Positions 52,330 to 64,000 of a stretch of DNA of 64,000 nucleotides are shown piece by piece. The position numbers were made by a program, and so were the translations under genes. Each line of letters opens with the position of its first letter. The first letter of the stretch is position 1. This stretch comes from Octopus bimaculoides (lineage: Eukaryota). The notes below the pieces were generated by a model. It ran no database searches, was not told where the DNA came from, and saw only the letters and a program-made list of their open reading frames with translations. The stretch lies in NCBI RefSeq assembly GCF_001194135.2, contig NC_068985.1:2595070-2659069 (forward strand), given 5' to 3'.

Positions 52330-53090
52330 GGAATATGTTATGAATATTCAAAATCATCATCTGTAGAATGGGAATTTAAAGGTTGCAAAAAATACAAATC
52401 TTGAGGACAAGACAGTGATGATTCTATGGTAACAATGTCAATGGTGTAGAAATCCAAAGAGTTACAGTTTAGCTAACAAGGCCTATGAATCTTAATAATT
52501 TTAAAGATATTGATGGCTAGCTGTAATGATTTAAAAGCTGCCATGGAATGTAACAAAATTACCCATGGTAAAATAGGGAGGACACCAAACAAGGAAATCA
52601 AACCATCCAGAAAGAAATTAAATGACTTTTCAAGTATGAAAGGCCCCTAATTACCCAGTAAAGAGAGGATGAAGCTGGATGGTTTTGGCAGTCTACTTCA
52701 GAAATATTCAAGCTTTTAAGAAAAAAGTCACTAGACATTATATGAACACAGATGGTATGTGCTTTTTAAAGTTTATTTTGGTGAGGGGGTCAGCATATCT
52801 GCAAGTTCTGCAAGACATACAAGTATTTATTACCATAGCAAGAAATTATGGCTCAACATGAATATTTCCAATTACTGGTTCTTCTCACATTTCATTCTTG
52901 AGGTGCAGAAATATCAGGAGGATGTTCTTACTTTCTACTGATGAATGAGGTCACTGCTAATTTTGGACAATGCACCTGCTCTCCTATTTGGTCCCTAACT
53001 AGTACCTAAAGAACAGAAAATATGGGGCATGTTGTTGCAATTCTATAGTACCTCCATGATCTAGAAAATGGATCAAAGTATAATTTTAGC
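52330..53090 (+). mobile_element. pogo/Tigger (CENP-B-type DDE) transposase relic
   Basis: DEAGWFW (DETGLFW-like), KKLWLNMNISNYWFFSHFILEV, LLILDNAPA, MDQSII, in the expected order. Confidence 0.7.
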
Positions 53091-53094
53091 CTGA

Positions 53095-53435
53095 TTATAC
53101 CACATGGTCCTGGGTTCAGTCCCACTACATGACACTTTGGGAAAGTGTCTTCCAAAATCACCTCAGGCTAACAAATGCCTTGTAAATGGATTTGGTGGAC
53201 AGAAACTGAAAGAATCCCATGGTACATATATCTATGTGTATGTGTGATGTGTGAGACCACTGCTTGATGACTGGTGTCAGTGTGTTTATGTCCCCATAAC
53301 TTAGTCGTTAAACAAAAGAGACCACTAGAGAAAGTATTAGGCTTAAAAAAGAAAAATGTACTGGGGTTGATTCATTCAACAAAAAATTCTTCAAGGCAAA
53401 TGCCCCAGCATGACCACAGGCTGAAACAAGTAAAA
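53095..53435 (+). mobile_element. SINE family A copy
   Basis: cacatggtcctgggttcagtcccact...ggatttggtggacagaaactgaaagaa...gccccagcatgaccacag. Confidence 0.8.
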
Positions 53436-53714
53436 ATCTTTTAAAAAATTATACTAATATAGAACTTTAGCTTGTGCCCTTCAAAGAGGGTCTCTGCATA
53501 ATTTTACAAACACATAAATTTCGAAGGGAATGTGAGGTACCTAAATGGTGGTTGTCCTTCAGATGTAAGCCTTTACTCTTAGTTCAGTCAGTCAAATAAG
53601 TAACCTTTTCTCCTAATTAGTATAATTTAAGAAGGGATGTCAGAGTTAATTATGTGCGTTTGTCTAAATGCACTGATTTTTAAAATAAGGACCTATTCTT
53701 ATCTGATTGATTTA

Positions 53715-54120
53715 TCTTTTATCGTTTACTTGTTTCAGTCATTAGACTATGGCCATGCTGGGGCACCGCTTTGAAGAATTTTTAGTTGAATGAATTGATT
53801 CCAGGACTTATTTTTTTAAAACCTGGTACGTATTTTATTATTAGTTTCTTTCACTGAACCACTAAGTTACAGGGACATAAACACACCAACACTGGTTGTC
53901 AAGTGATGGTGCTGGTAGGGCTGGTGGGGGCAAACACAGGCACAAATACATATAATATGACAGGCTTCTTTCAGTTTCCATCTACCAAATCCACTCATAA
54001 GGTTTTGGTTGGCTTGAGGCTATAGTAGAAGACACTTGCCCAAGGTGTCACACAGTTGGACTGAACAGAGAACCATGTGGTTCAAAAGCAATCTTCTTAC
54101 CACAGAGCCATGCCTGTGCC
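53715..54120 (-). mobile_element. SINE family A copy, inverted relative to 53095-53435
   Basis: Reverse complement of the family consensus from tail to head. Confidence 0.8.
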
Positions 54121-54145
54121 TATTTGTTATTAAGGATATATTTCT

Positions 54146-54378
54146 TATTTCTTTATTGCCCATAAGGGGCTAAACATAGAGGGGACAAACAAGGACAGAC
54201 AAACGGATTAAGTCGATTATATCGACCCCAGTGCATAACTAGTACTTATTTAATCAACCCCGAAAGGATGAAAGGCAAAGTTGACCTCGGCGGAATTTGA
54301 ACTCATAACGTAGTGGCAGACGAAATACCACTAAGCATTTTGCCCAGTGTGCTAACGTTTCTGCCAGCTCACCGCCTT
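54146..54378 (-). mobile_element. SINE family C (tRNA-like head), full length with perfect 15-bp TSD
   Basis: taaggatatatttct at 54131-54145 and 54379-54393. Head ggcggtgagctggcagaaacgttagc...gttatgagttcaaattcc. Related copies at about 37850-38060(+) and 48865-49045(-). Confidence 0.9.
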
Positions 54379-56186
54379 TAAGGATATATTTCTCTGTACT
54401 TAGACATGATTCATTTAAGAACTTATTTTGTATACAACTGATCTCAGATACACATCATACATAAAAAGCAGGGCAGCAGACAAGTGATGATGGGACATAT
54501 ATGTAGCCATGGAAACCTCAGTCAAAATTTCATGTCATTGAAACAGGTGTTCTGTTTACATTAGGGTGGTTAGATAGAACAGAACTGAAATTACAAAAAC
54601 GATGCTGTACTGAATATCCCTTTAAACCAATTCCAGCCTCGGAAAATGAATGACGATGGTGATGATTTCAATATATATATATATACATATATATATTTGA
54701 AAAACTAACTCTTTATTATAAGCTGGAAGATTTGAAAGAAATCATTCTCCAAAGGAATTATGAAAATGCCATAAAAGAATGGTGCAATGAAGATTTACAG
54801 GAAAGGACATGTGAATAGATTGTTAGCATTGGGTTTTCAATGATCCTCCTTATGTTATCCTGAATATATTTACTAGGATATTCAAAATAGATATGAGAAC
54901 ATCTTATGGTTCCATACATAGTATGTGATGTACAAACAAACATAAGGTTATTATTAGATATCAGAGAGAGACAGAGAGAGAAGAGAAAGGAGAGAAAGGA
55001 GAAGCAACAGAGAAAAGAGTTGGATTGATGAAAATGTATACAAAACATTATTTATAATTTTTTTTTTATATAATCTACCCAGTCATTCCATGGCATATGA
55101 TGTCTTATATAAGTATTAAAACTAGCCATTCTACCAGGTTATTATCCAACAAACCCATTAGAGAAAATCATATTTCTCCCGTCATTCAATTCTATCAGGT
55201 ATCCAACAAAAAAAGTATACAACATGAGCTTATTTAAATAGAAAAAAAACTCACAAAAAAACAAACTGAAAGCCACCCAAAACACTTCCATTCCACGAAA
55301 TCTTCTTACTATGCAAATCACTCACTTTATCAAATGGCATATATTATAAGAAATCTCGTTACTTCTCCAACTAAACCGTCTACAAGCTATTCAAAAATGT
55401 ATGGTTAACCCACTGAGTGTCAAGCTATGAAATCATAAAAGAACATCTTAGAATTTAATTCACTGTTCTCTTTGCAATCCTATTCCTTTTAATTCTTTCT
55501 GTTTGTTCATTTTGTTTTTGTCTTGATTAAGTAAAAATAATTAATGAAGATAATGATTTCAGATAGGAGAAAACTCTTCAAATGAAGATAGGATGATAGA
55601 ATACTTTCTAATTTTCTTTTTAATATGAAAATTCTTTTTTAATATAGAATGCCTTTGGTGGAATTGTCAGATCAAACTATTTGAAATTATGCCCCGCAGT
55701 CTTACGTTTTTACCAATTTAATTCGATATATATTTCCAGCTGTCAGATATTTCCTGTTTTCAAACTTTATTACATTTTATAATGAACCGATACAGGAAAA
55801 TACTAGCTATCACAGTTGTTGTAGTTGTTGCCACCACCACTATTAACAATGATGACGACAACAAAAACAACAACAACAACAATGACAATGGTAACAACTC
55901 TTTAAAATCCTACTGAAATATAAGGATAATGAGAGAATCCCTTGTACCAAATGCTTTTACTGTTTAGCAATGTCTTTGTTAATTGCTTTCAACTTTTCTC
56001 TTTCAACAGTTTTTTTTTTTTTTAACTCATAAATTAATGAAAAGAAAAAGAAAATCATAAAAATATATTTCACAATGACCATACATGTTCAGGGTAACCT
56101 CGTTAGTTCATTAATAAGATCATTAATAAGAGCTGTTTCTCCAGACAAGATGTTATCATCACTACCACCACTGTAGCTATGTCAAT

Positions 56187-56490
56187 CAGAGGTTCCCAAA
56201 ATGTTTGGGCTGCCAACCCCCTCGTGGGTACATAATACCCTTAGCGCCCCCACCCCTACTTGTTATGTATAAATAAATATTTTATATTTTACTAATTTAT
56301 ATATACTATGAATCATTTGATATTTAATATAATATTATATAATTTGTAGACAATACTATAATAATGTTGTTATAAATTTACAAGCGTCCCCCAATCCACT
56401 GCCTTCCTCCCAATGCCTCTTTTTTCTCTACCGACCCCTTAGACACCAGTGCCCACCTGGACCCTCTCAATGCCCACCGGAGGGGAGGGG
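56187..56490. mobile_element. Probable hAT-type MITE remnant
   Basis: Starts cagaggttcccaaa, similar to the hAT MITE terminus (another start at about 63914). Right terminus unclear. Confidence 0.35.
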
Positions 56491-56582
56491 TAGCAGAACC
56501 TATGACGAAGATCATAATCATAATGTTCTTTCATGTCAAATGTGCAGAGAAATCTATAAAAAAAAACAGTTTCTCAATGGAC

Positions 56583-56636
<54 letters not shown>

Positions 56637-57719
56637 CCCTACTCCTCCTTAACTTTTACATCTGTTACAACCTTCAGTATTTGTGATACTAAATAAGCAC
56701 ACATCGAAACAGTGATTTCAAAGTCACAAGTAATTAATACACTGGAACAAACTAATTATTTTTTAATGTTTTAATTTAACTTTCTGACATTGAAAAAGAG
56801 CAGGGGTTTTTTTTTCAGTTTACTTTGTCTATAAAGAAATATCACAGAAAAATAAGTGCACAGTTTCAAATAGAGTTTCTAAACCATTTTGGAGTGGACG
56901 ATCAGCACAGATCTACTCACATAACTTGCTTCTTTCTTTCTGGATATTCAGAAAAGTTTCTCAGATTATATAAAACTGGATTATGATTGTAAAATAGGAT
57001 AGACATAGTTTTGCAGGATTTATGTTTATTTAATAAAAATGTATTCAATTAGGCACAGCTTGAAGTTTAATACAAAAATGTCCATTCATAATTAGCAACA
57101 TACTAGGAGAATTTCAAAGATCCATACAACTATAAATTTTAGCAAGAAAGTAGGGGGAATCTCTGCCAAAAATGTTACATTTTTATTTAATCTTTTAAGT
57201 AAAATGTGCTGACTTAGAATTACAAATCCCATGCTTTAATGAAAGTATTTTCTGACCAGGTTTTAAACATTCAGAAACAATTGCTACTTAATGAGAAACA
57301 GAAACAAGCTACTTTGTATCATAAAAGAACAAGAAATGTATGCAAATGAAGTACACACACACACACACAATCTTGTAAGATGGAAATCATATTTGATTCT
57401 ATATTTTTTTTGAAAATTCTATAACATAATCTGATTGTAACTAACTACATCATAGAAGAGAGCAGCTATAAAACTTATGTACGATTATGTAAGAGGTCTA
57501 CAGCAGTTTTGTTTTAATGCCAAAATTAAATGAATATAATTGACTTTGAATATTTGCAATGACATTAAATATTCCAAATTATAAATTGGTTCTCAAAAGT
57601 TGAGGAACAATTTCTAGTTTTTTCCCAATACTTTAAGAAAAATCTATAGTGGAATATTGAATAATAGAAACTCTAGCCTTCCTCCTAACTTCAATGGCTA
57701 TGAAGTGCTCACTTATTCA

Positions 57720-58050
57720 AAAGATTAAGCAGAATTTCTCATTCTACTCTTGATTCATCTGACCATGTTGTTCCAGACATTCCTTCTCAATGTGATGGTC
57801 CTTTATCTTCTTTGTGTGTTACTTCTAAACAATGACAAGAATAATTTCCAGTCTTACCATTTCTTTTGCTATTTCTAGTCTTGTCAATATTTTGCTATTG
57901 TTTTTTGCAAAACCACATTTCCAGACATTCCAAGTCATTTAAACTCTTCTAATGTTTAGCTGGGTTTTTTTCCTTAGCTTGCTTGCAAACAGCCCTTGTT
58001 CTCCCTATTCTCAAAAATGGTGACCATTCCAGTTCTCGCAACTTCCCCTC
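57720..58050 (+). mobile_element. CR1/L2-like LINE fragment
   Basis: ...CLQTALVLPILKNGDHSSSRNFP resembles the WK.A.V.PI.K.GD....NYRP motif preceding RT. Confidence 0.6.
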
Positions 58051-58441
58051 AAAGGAAGCATTCTTAACAAAGACTTTGAGTTTTTGATCAATCAGATTCT
58101 TGTCTTGCACTACGATTAATTCTATCAGTTCCCAGACACACAGTATCATTTCTGTACTTTGTGTTCCAATGCCAGTCTTTTATCTACAATAAGGGAATTG
58201 TTGTCATCCTCCTCCTTCTCCTCCTCCTCATCATTTTAACATCCAATTTGCCATTCTCACACGGAACTTTAAGTAGCATGGAGTCAAATCAAACCATTAT
58301 ATAGACTGACGTTGAAATTTTCTGGAGGTGCATAAGAGTCAAGCATTTTTCATCATTCTTCAACTTACTACCTTTCATCTGGTGTTTCTCCTATGTAAAT
58401 TCTATAAATTGTCTTTCAGATGATATCATGTCCAACCTTAC

Positions 58442-58578
58442 TATTTTCACTTCTTTTTGTATTATAGATTGAATGAGAAATTTGATCTGCCTGATGGGAT
58501 GCGAATGGTACTTCCTTTTCAGCTTCATCTGTGTTTGGGCGACTGGCGTCAATACTTAGTGGTTGCTTACTTTCAAAA
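58442..58578 (-). CDS. Candidate coding exon of low-complexity, disordered character (FESKQPLSIDASRPNTDEAEKEVPFASHQADQISHSIYNTKRSEN)
   Basis: Non-repetitive stretch with ttttgcag| acceptor and |gtaagg donor, 137 nt, open frame rich in S/E/K/D/Q. No recognisable domain. Confidence 0.22.
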
Positions 58579-58790
58579 CTGCAAAACCTAACTTCTTCCA
58601 TTAATTATTCTGATGTTTTTAAAAGAGCCTAAATTGTTACAAAAAACACTGGGTGCTATTTTAAAGATAACTGTTCATAAAAGCAGTTCAAGTTTGGCAT
58701 GAGTTTAGGTTATGGTTAAAGGGGTTGAGAAAGAGTGAACGGTCAACGATTAAAACAGGGGAGCATGTTGGTAGAAATGATGGTTATTAA

Positions 58791-59012
58791 CCCTTTCGTT
58801 ACTGTATTTATTTTGAGATGCTCTGTGTTTCTTTCAATTACTTTAAATATAACAAAGAATTTAGTAAAATAACTTAGTTATCAATTCAGCTAGTGTTAGG
58901 AACATAAATTGTGACTAAGGTTTGGTGGAAGATTTTAATTCAAAATTTATGAAAACAAAACAATTGTACAACAGAGTCAGAGGTGGTTTTAGTCGGGTTG
59001 GTATCGAAAGGG
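58791..59012. mobile_element. piggyBac-type MITE, copy 1
   Basis: TTAA on both sides; TIR ccctttcgttac / gtatcgaaaggg. Confidence 0.85.
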
Positions 59013-59043
59013 TTAAGAATTGTTTCTCTATTATATATTTTAA

Positions 59044-59263
59044 CCCCTTTGTTACCATATTCCTGTTGAGATGCTCTGGGTTTCTTTCAGTAATTTTAAA
59101 TATAACAAAGAATTTAGTAAAATAACTTAGTTATCATTCTGCTAGTGTTAGGAACTTAAATTGTGATTAAGGTTTGGTAGAAGATTTTAATTCAAAACTT
59201 TTGAAAACAAGACATTTGTACTGAGAGCCAGAGGTGGTTTCAGCCAGGTTGGTAATGAAAAGG
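59044..59263. mobile_element. piggyBac-type MITE, copy 2 (direct orientation, about 30 bp downstream)
   Basis: Colinear homolog of copy 1; left TTAA intact, right end decayed. Confidence 0.8.
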
Positions 59264-59853
59264 TTACTGTATCAAAAAAAGATTGATAAAGTAGAGACAA
59301 GAGAAAGCCCTGTCACTATGCACTACAATGAAGAAGTCTAACACCTGTAGGTGCAGGTGTGGCTGTGTGGTAAGAAATTTGCTTCCCAACCACATGGTCC
59401 TGGGTTCAGTCCCACAGCATGGCACCTTGGGAAAGTGTCTTCTATAGCCTCGGGCCAACTAAAGCCTTGTGAGTGGATTTGGTAGACAGAAACAGAAAGA
59501 ATCACATCAAATGTGTGTGTATTTGTCCCCTACCACCACTTTGCAACTGGTGTTGGTGTGTTTATATCCCCATAACGTAACAGTCCAGTAAAAAAGACTG
59601 ACAATAAGTATCAGACTTTAAATAAAAATAAGTCCTGGGACTCATTCATTTGACTAAAAGACTCTCCGGGGTAGTGCCCCAGCATGACCACAGTCTAAGG
59701 ACTGAAACAAGTAAAAAAAAAAATGACAAACCTCACTGAAAAAAAAGAAAACAAGAAAATGAAAATGATGCAAAAATAACCAAACAAATGGCAGTGCCCC
59801 AGCATGGCCACAGCTCTGAGCTGAAAATGAAAAAAAAAAAAAAAAAAAAAAAA

Positions 59854-60787
59854 NNNNNNNNNNNNNNNNNNNNNNNNNNNNNNNNNNNNNNNNNNNNNNN
59901 NNNNNNNNNNNNNNNNNNNNNNNNNNNNNNNNNNNNNNNNNNNNNNNNNNNNNNNNNNNNNNNNNNNNNNNNNNNNNNNNNNNNNNNNNNNNNNNNNNNN
60001 NNNNNNNNNNNNNNNNNNNNNNNNNNNNNNNNNNNNNNNNNNNNNNNNNNNNNNNNNNNNNNNNNNNNNNNNNNNNNNNNNNNNNNNNNNNNNNNNNNNN
60101 NNNNNNNNNNNNNNNNNNNNNNNNNNNNNNNNNNNNNNNNNNNNNNNNNNNNNNNNNNNNNNNNNNNNNNNNNNNNNNNNNNNNNNNNNNNNNNNNNNNN
60201 NNNNNNNNNNNNNNNNNNNNNNNNNNNNNNNNNNNNNNNNNNNNNNNNNNNNNNNNNNNNNNNNNNNNNNNNNNNNNNNNNNNNNNNNNNNNNNNNNNNN
60301 NNNNNNNNNNNNNNNNNNNNNNNNNNNNNNNNNNNNNNNNNNNNNNNNNNNNNNNNNNNNNNNNNNNNNNNNNNNNNNNNNNNNNNNNNNNNNNNNNNNN
60401 NNNNNNNNNNNNNNNNNNNNNNNNNNNNNNNNNNNNNNNNNNNNNNNNNNNNNNNNNNNNNNNNNNNNNNNNNNNNNNNNNNNNNNNNNNNNNNNNNNNN
60501 NNNNNNNNNNNNNNNNNNNNNNNNNNNNNNNNNNNNNNNNNNNNNNNNNNNNNNNNNNNNNNNNNNNNNNNNNNNNNNNNNNNNNNNNNNNNNNNNNNNN
60601 NNNNNNNNNNNNNNNNNNNNNNNNNNNNNNNNNNNNNNNNNNNNNNNNNNNNNNNNNNNNNNNNNNNNNNNNNNNNNNNNNNNNNNNNNNNNNNNNNNNN
60701 NNNNNNNNNNNNNNNNNNNNNNNNNNNNNNNNNNNNNNNNNNNNNNNNNNNNNNNNNNNNNNNNNNNNNNNNNNNNNNNNNNNNNNN
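59854..60787. other. Assembly gap after poly-A
   Basis: Run of N. Confidence 0.99.
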
Positions 60788-60798
60788 TATTTATTTAT

Positions 60799-60900
60799 TA
60801 TAATACGATAAGAAAATAGAGAGATAATTAATAAATTATTATTTATTGATAAATAATAATAATGATATTAATTATTTCTTTATTTTCTCATCTTATTATA
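60799..60900. repeat. AT-rich palindrome (about 50-bp arms)
   Basis: tataatacgataagaaaatagagagataattaat... versus ...attaattatttctttattttctcatcttattata, centred near 60847. Confidence 0.7.
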
Positions 60901-60906
60901 TATATA

Positions 60907-61795
60907 TCAGGTCATCCCATAAGTTCTGTCCGATTTTACCTTTACTAAAACTGAATGAAATTTAACAGTATTTTAGAAAGTTTAATGGAATTGAAAATTA
61001 TTTTTATGCATTTCTGTACACTTAAACTAATTAAATATTATTTTACAGAAAAATAGAATTAAAATTTTTTTGATTAAAACCCTTTCTAACATGGAAGTAT
61101 GCAAAGAGCATTTGAGGCACATAATGCTTTATGAGGACAAAAAAGGAAACTCTGCAGCCGAAGCTATCGAAATGTTAAATGTTGTAAACAGTGACTTGTT
61201 AAAAGGGAAAAAGCTCAACCACAACCGAGAAGGGAACTTCATGGAAAAAAAGGTTCTTCTCTCTATCTAGTGGGAATGCAAAGGAGTAATTCACTTTGAA
61301 TTGTTACCAGCTAATGCAGCAATCAATGCTCAAGTCTACTGTCAGCAATTAGAGCATCTGAATCAAGATTTAAAGAGAAAAAGACCCGCTTTAGTGAATT
61401 GAAAAGGAGAGATGTTTCATCTGGACAATGCATGATCCCACTCTGCAAAGATCGCTTCACAGAAGATCGAAGAGCTTGGTTGGGAAAAAATTCCTCATCC
61501 ACCTTATTCTCCCGACCTTGCTCTTTCAGACTACCATTTGTTTCGTAGTTTACAGAATCATTTGGGGGACATAACTTTTGCAAGCCAGGAGGAGGTGGAA
61601 ACTGACATTTCAGAGTTCTTTGCTATGAAACCAAAAGAGTTTTATATTGATGGGATTAAAAAGCTTGTAAATAGATGGAAGGAAGTCTTAAATAATCAGG
61701 GACAGTACATTGATGATTAAATTTCAATTAAATATAACATTTGATCACTTGTTTTCTTTATTCAATATTTGGACAGAACTTATGGGATGACCTGA
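60907..61795 (+). mobile_element. Mariner transposon, internally deleted, with perfect 25-bp TIRs and TA TSD
   Basis: tcaggtcatcccataagttctgtcc at 60907-60931 and its reverse complement at 61771-61795, flanked by TA. Transposase relic: MEVCKEHLRHIMLYE..., KVLLSI*WECKGVIHFELL, FHLDNA, HPPYSPDLALSDYHLFRSLQNHL...GQYIDD*. Confidence 0.95.
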
Positions 61796-62701
61796 TATAT
61801 GTGTGTGTGTGTGTGTGTGTATGTGTGTGTGTGTACACATACACACACACACAGATTGGGCTTCTTTCAGTTTCTGTGTACCAAATCCACTTGAAAGGCT
61901 TTGGTTGGCTCAAGGTTAAAGTAGAAGACATTTGCCCAAGTTTACACACAATGGGACTGAACCTGGAACCATGAGGTTGGGAAGCAAACTTCTTCCCACA
62001 CAGTCACACTTGTGCCTATATGGAAACATTTCACATTGAAAAGAGAGTAAAAGAAGTGACCAAAAGGAAAGCAAAAAGTCATTTTTCATACACGCAGGGA
62101 ATTTCTACAAAGTAAGGAAATTGTGGTATAAGCATTTGGTACTAATGTACCTTTCTCAAGAATATTAGCATCATAAGAAGTTGTTCCAACTGGTTTGTGA
62201 AATTGGTTTGCTGATAAGTACCACAGTCTTTTTCTTTTGTTGTTGTTGTTGTTTTTAAAGTAAGCATGTGACAAGTGAATATATGTTCCAGTGTATAAGA
62301 ATACAGGATCAATCATTCAAGACAAAGTGACCGGCATTAAATGAACTGGAGATGAAAGAGAGCGAAGTTGTTTTTTTTAATATAATACAAGTGGGTGTTG
62401 AACAGAAATAGCATTAGTGAATTACAACTAACAGTAATAGATTGAAGCATTTATTTATTCAGCAATCCAATTATGCAGCATAAGTTGGATCTTATATAAA
62501 ACTAATGCCCATTTCATCAGTGCTGGAGAATAGAAGAAAGAGAAAAAATATTTTCATATTTAAGATTTAATTAAATTTTCCATATTCTCAATTTTTTTTC
62601 TTCATTTTCTTTGCTAAATTTTACACAATTATCCTAATACAATTTACATTGCACACACAGCACACATATATATACATGTATGTATATATGTATGAACGTG
62701 C

Positions 62702-62762
<61 letters not shown>

Positions 62763-64000
62763 CATGTGTGTGTAAATAAGCCAAGGAGCTAAGAGAAACA
62801 ACTGACAGTAGCCAGTTGAATGAATTTAGATGATGAGGAAAGGTGTATGGAATACTATACAAGACAAGCTATTGATTAAATGAAACTATCCTTGCTTCAA
62901 ACGAAAGTAAACAAATACCTAATGGCTTCTACAACAACAAATGAAATGGGGAGATAATCTCAATGATTTAACAATAAGTGCAAGTGTGGCTGTGTGGTAA
63001 TAAGTTTGCTTCCTAACCACAGGTCCTGGGCTCAGTCCCACTGTATGACACCATGGGTAAATGTCTTCTACTGTAGCCCTCCTGAGTCAATCAAAGCTGT
63101 GTGAGTGGATTTGGTAGATGTAAAGTGAAAGAAGCCTGTCATGTACATGTGTGTGCATGCACACGTGTCTTTGTCCCCAACCACTGCTTGACAACCGGTG
63201 TTATGTTTGGTTCAGCAAAAAAAGATCAAAAGAATAAACACAAGGCTTAAAACAGAAAAAAAAAAACATGTCCTGGGGTTGAGTCATTTGACTAAAAGTT
63301 CTTCAAGGCAGTGCCCCAGCATGGTCACAGTTTCATGACTGAAACAAATAAATGAAAAAAGAACTCTCCTGAATGAACATGCCATTAAGGGAAATACAAT
63401 GTTTCTTTTTCAAACATCAAGAGGACACTGGTGAATATACACAGGTTCTTGCCTCATTGAGTGTCTGCTGACATTGTGTGGTAGTCGTAAAATGAGTTCC
63501 ACTGGTATACAAGCAGTGACATTTATTTCCAATACTCACTGGAATCTTGTCCAACCTTGGGGTAATATTACCTTTCTTGGAAACAGGTGAGGTTTGGCAA
63601 TAGGAAGGGCATCCAGCTGTGGAAAATCTGCCTCAAATGATCATGGGAAATAGACATTAAATGATGGATATACACAACACACACATGTATGTAGATATAA
63701 GACACATATGTACACATACACACACACATGTCTTTATATACCTATTACAGCCATAAGGTATAGGTTATCACAAGTCTTTGAGAGGAATAACAAACATAGG
63801 AATGGAGTAAACTAGAGCTGAAGCCATCAAACATTTCAGCTGATCATGAGGAAAAAAAAAACCAATAAATAAGAAAATAAAACGATGATAAGGATAATAA
63901 TAGTTATTCTACATCAGTGGTTCCTAACCTGGGTAGTGACCACCCCTTATGAGTATTGTGAATTTACAAGGAAACAGCAGAATGTCAAGAAGGTGCTATC

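Noticed and set aside
58465-58510. Plus-strand exon candidate (LNEKFDLPDGMRM)
   Set aside because: Weak donor, no partner exons on plus, and it overlaps the minus-strand candidate.

Overview
AT-rich, repeat-dense eukaryotic genomic scaffold with five N-gaps and many (CA)n/(TA)n/(GA)n and trinucleotide microsatellites. The SINE, RTE and Penelope-like repeat landscape resembles octopus (coleoid cephalopod) DNA; this is inference and no search was run. Only one host coding exon is well supported: a minus-strand AGC-kinase C-terminal exon at 6934-7044, most like Greatwall/MASTL. The rest looks intronic or intergenic and is filled with at least four SINE families, degraded LINEs (RTE, CR1-like, HERO-like, R4-like), DNA transposon relics (mariner with perfect TIRs, pogo/Tigger, probable Chapaev-3) and hAT- and piggyBac-type MITEs. 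Three observations stand out. (1) An ORF1-only, zinc-knuckle-encoding non-LTR element family has inserted twice, apparently independently and each time with a TSD, at the same position and orientation in the head of the commonest SINE, suggesting a sequence-specific retroelement that targets a SINE. (2) Minimal type-I hammerhead ribozyme cores occur in three repeat families, one of them fused behind a tRNA-like Pol III head and arranged as a long palindrome. (3) Several long fold-back structures could form intronic dsRNA. Most ORFs in the supplied track are microsatellite, gap or repeat artefacts.
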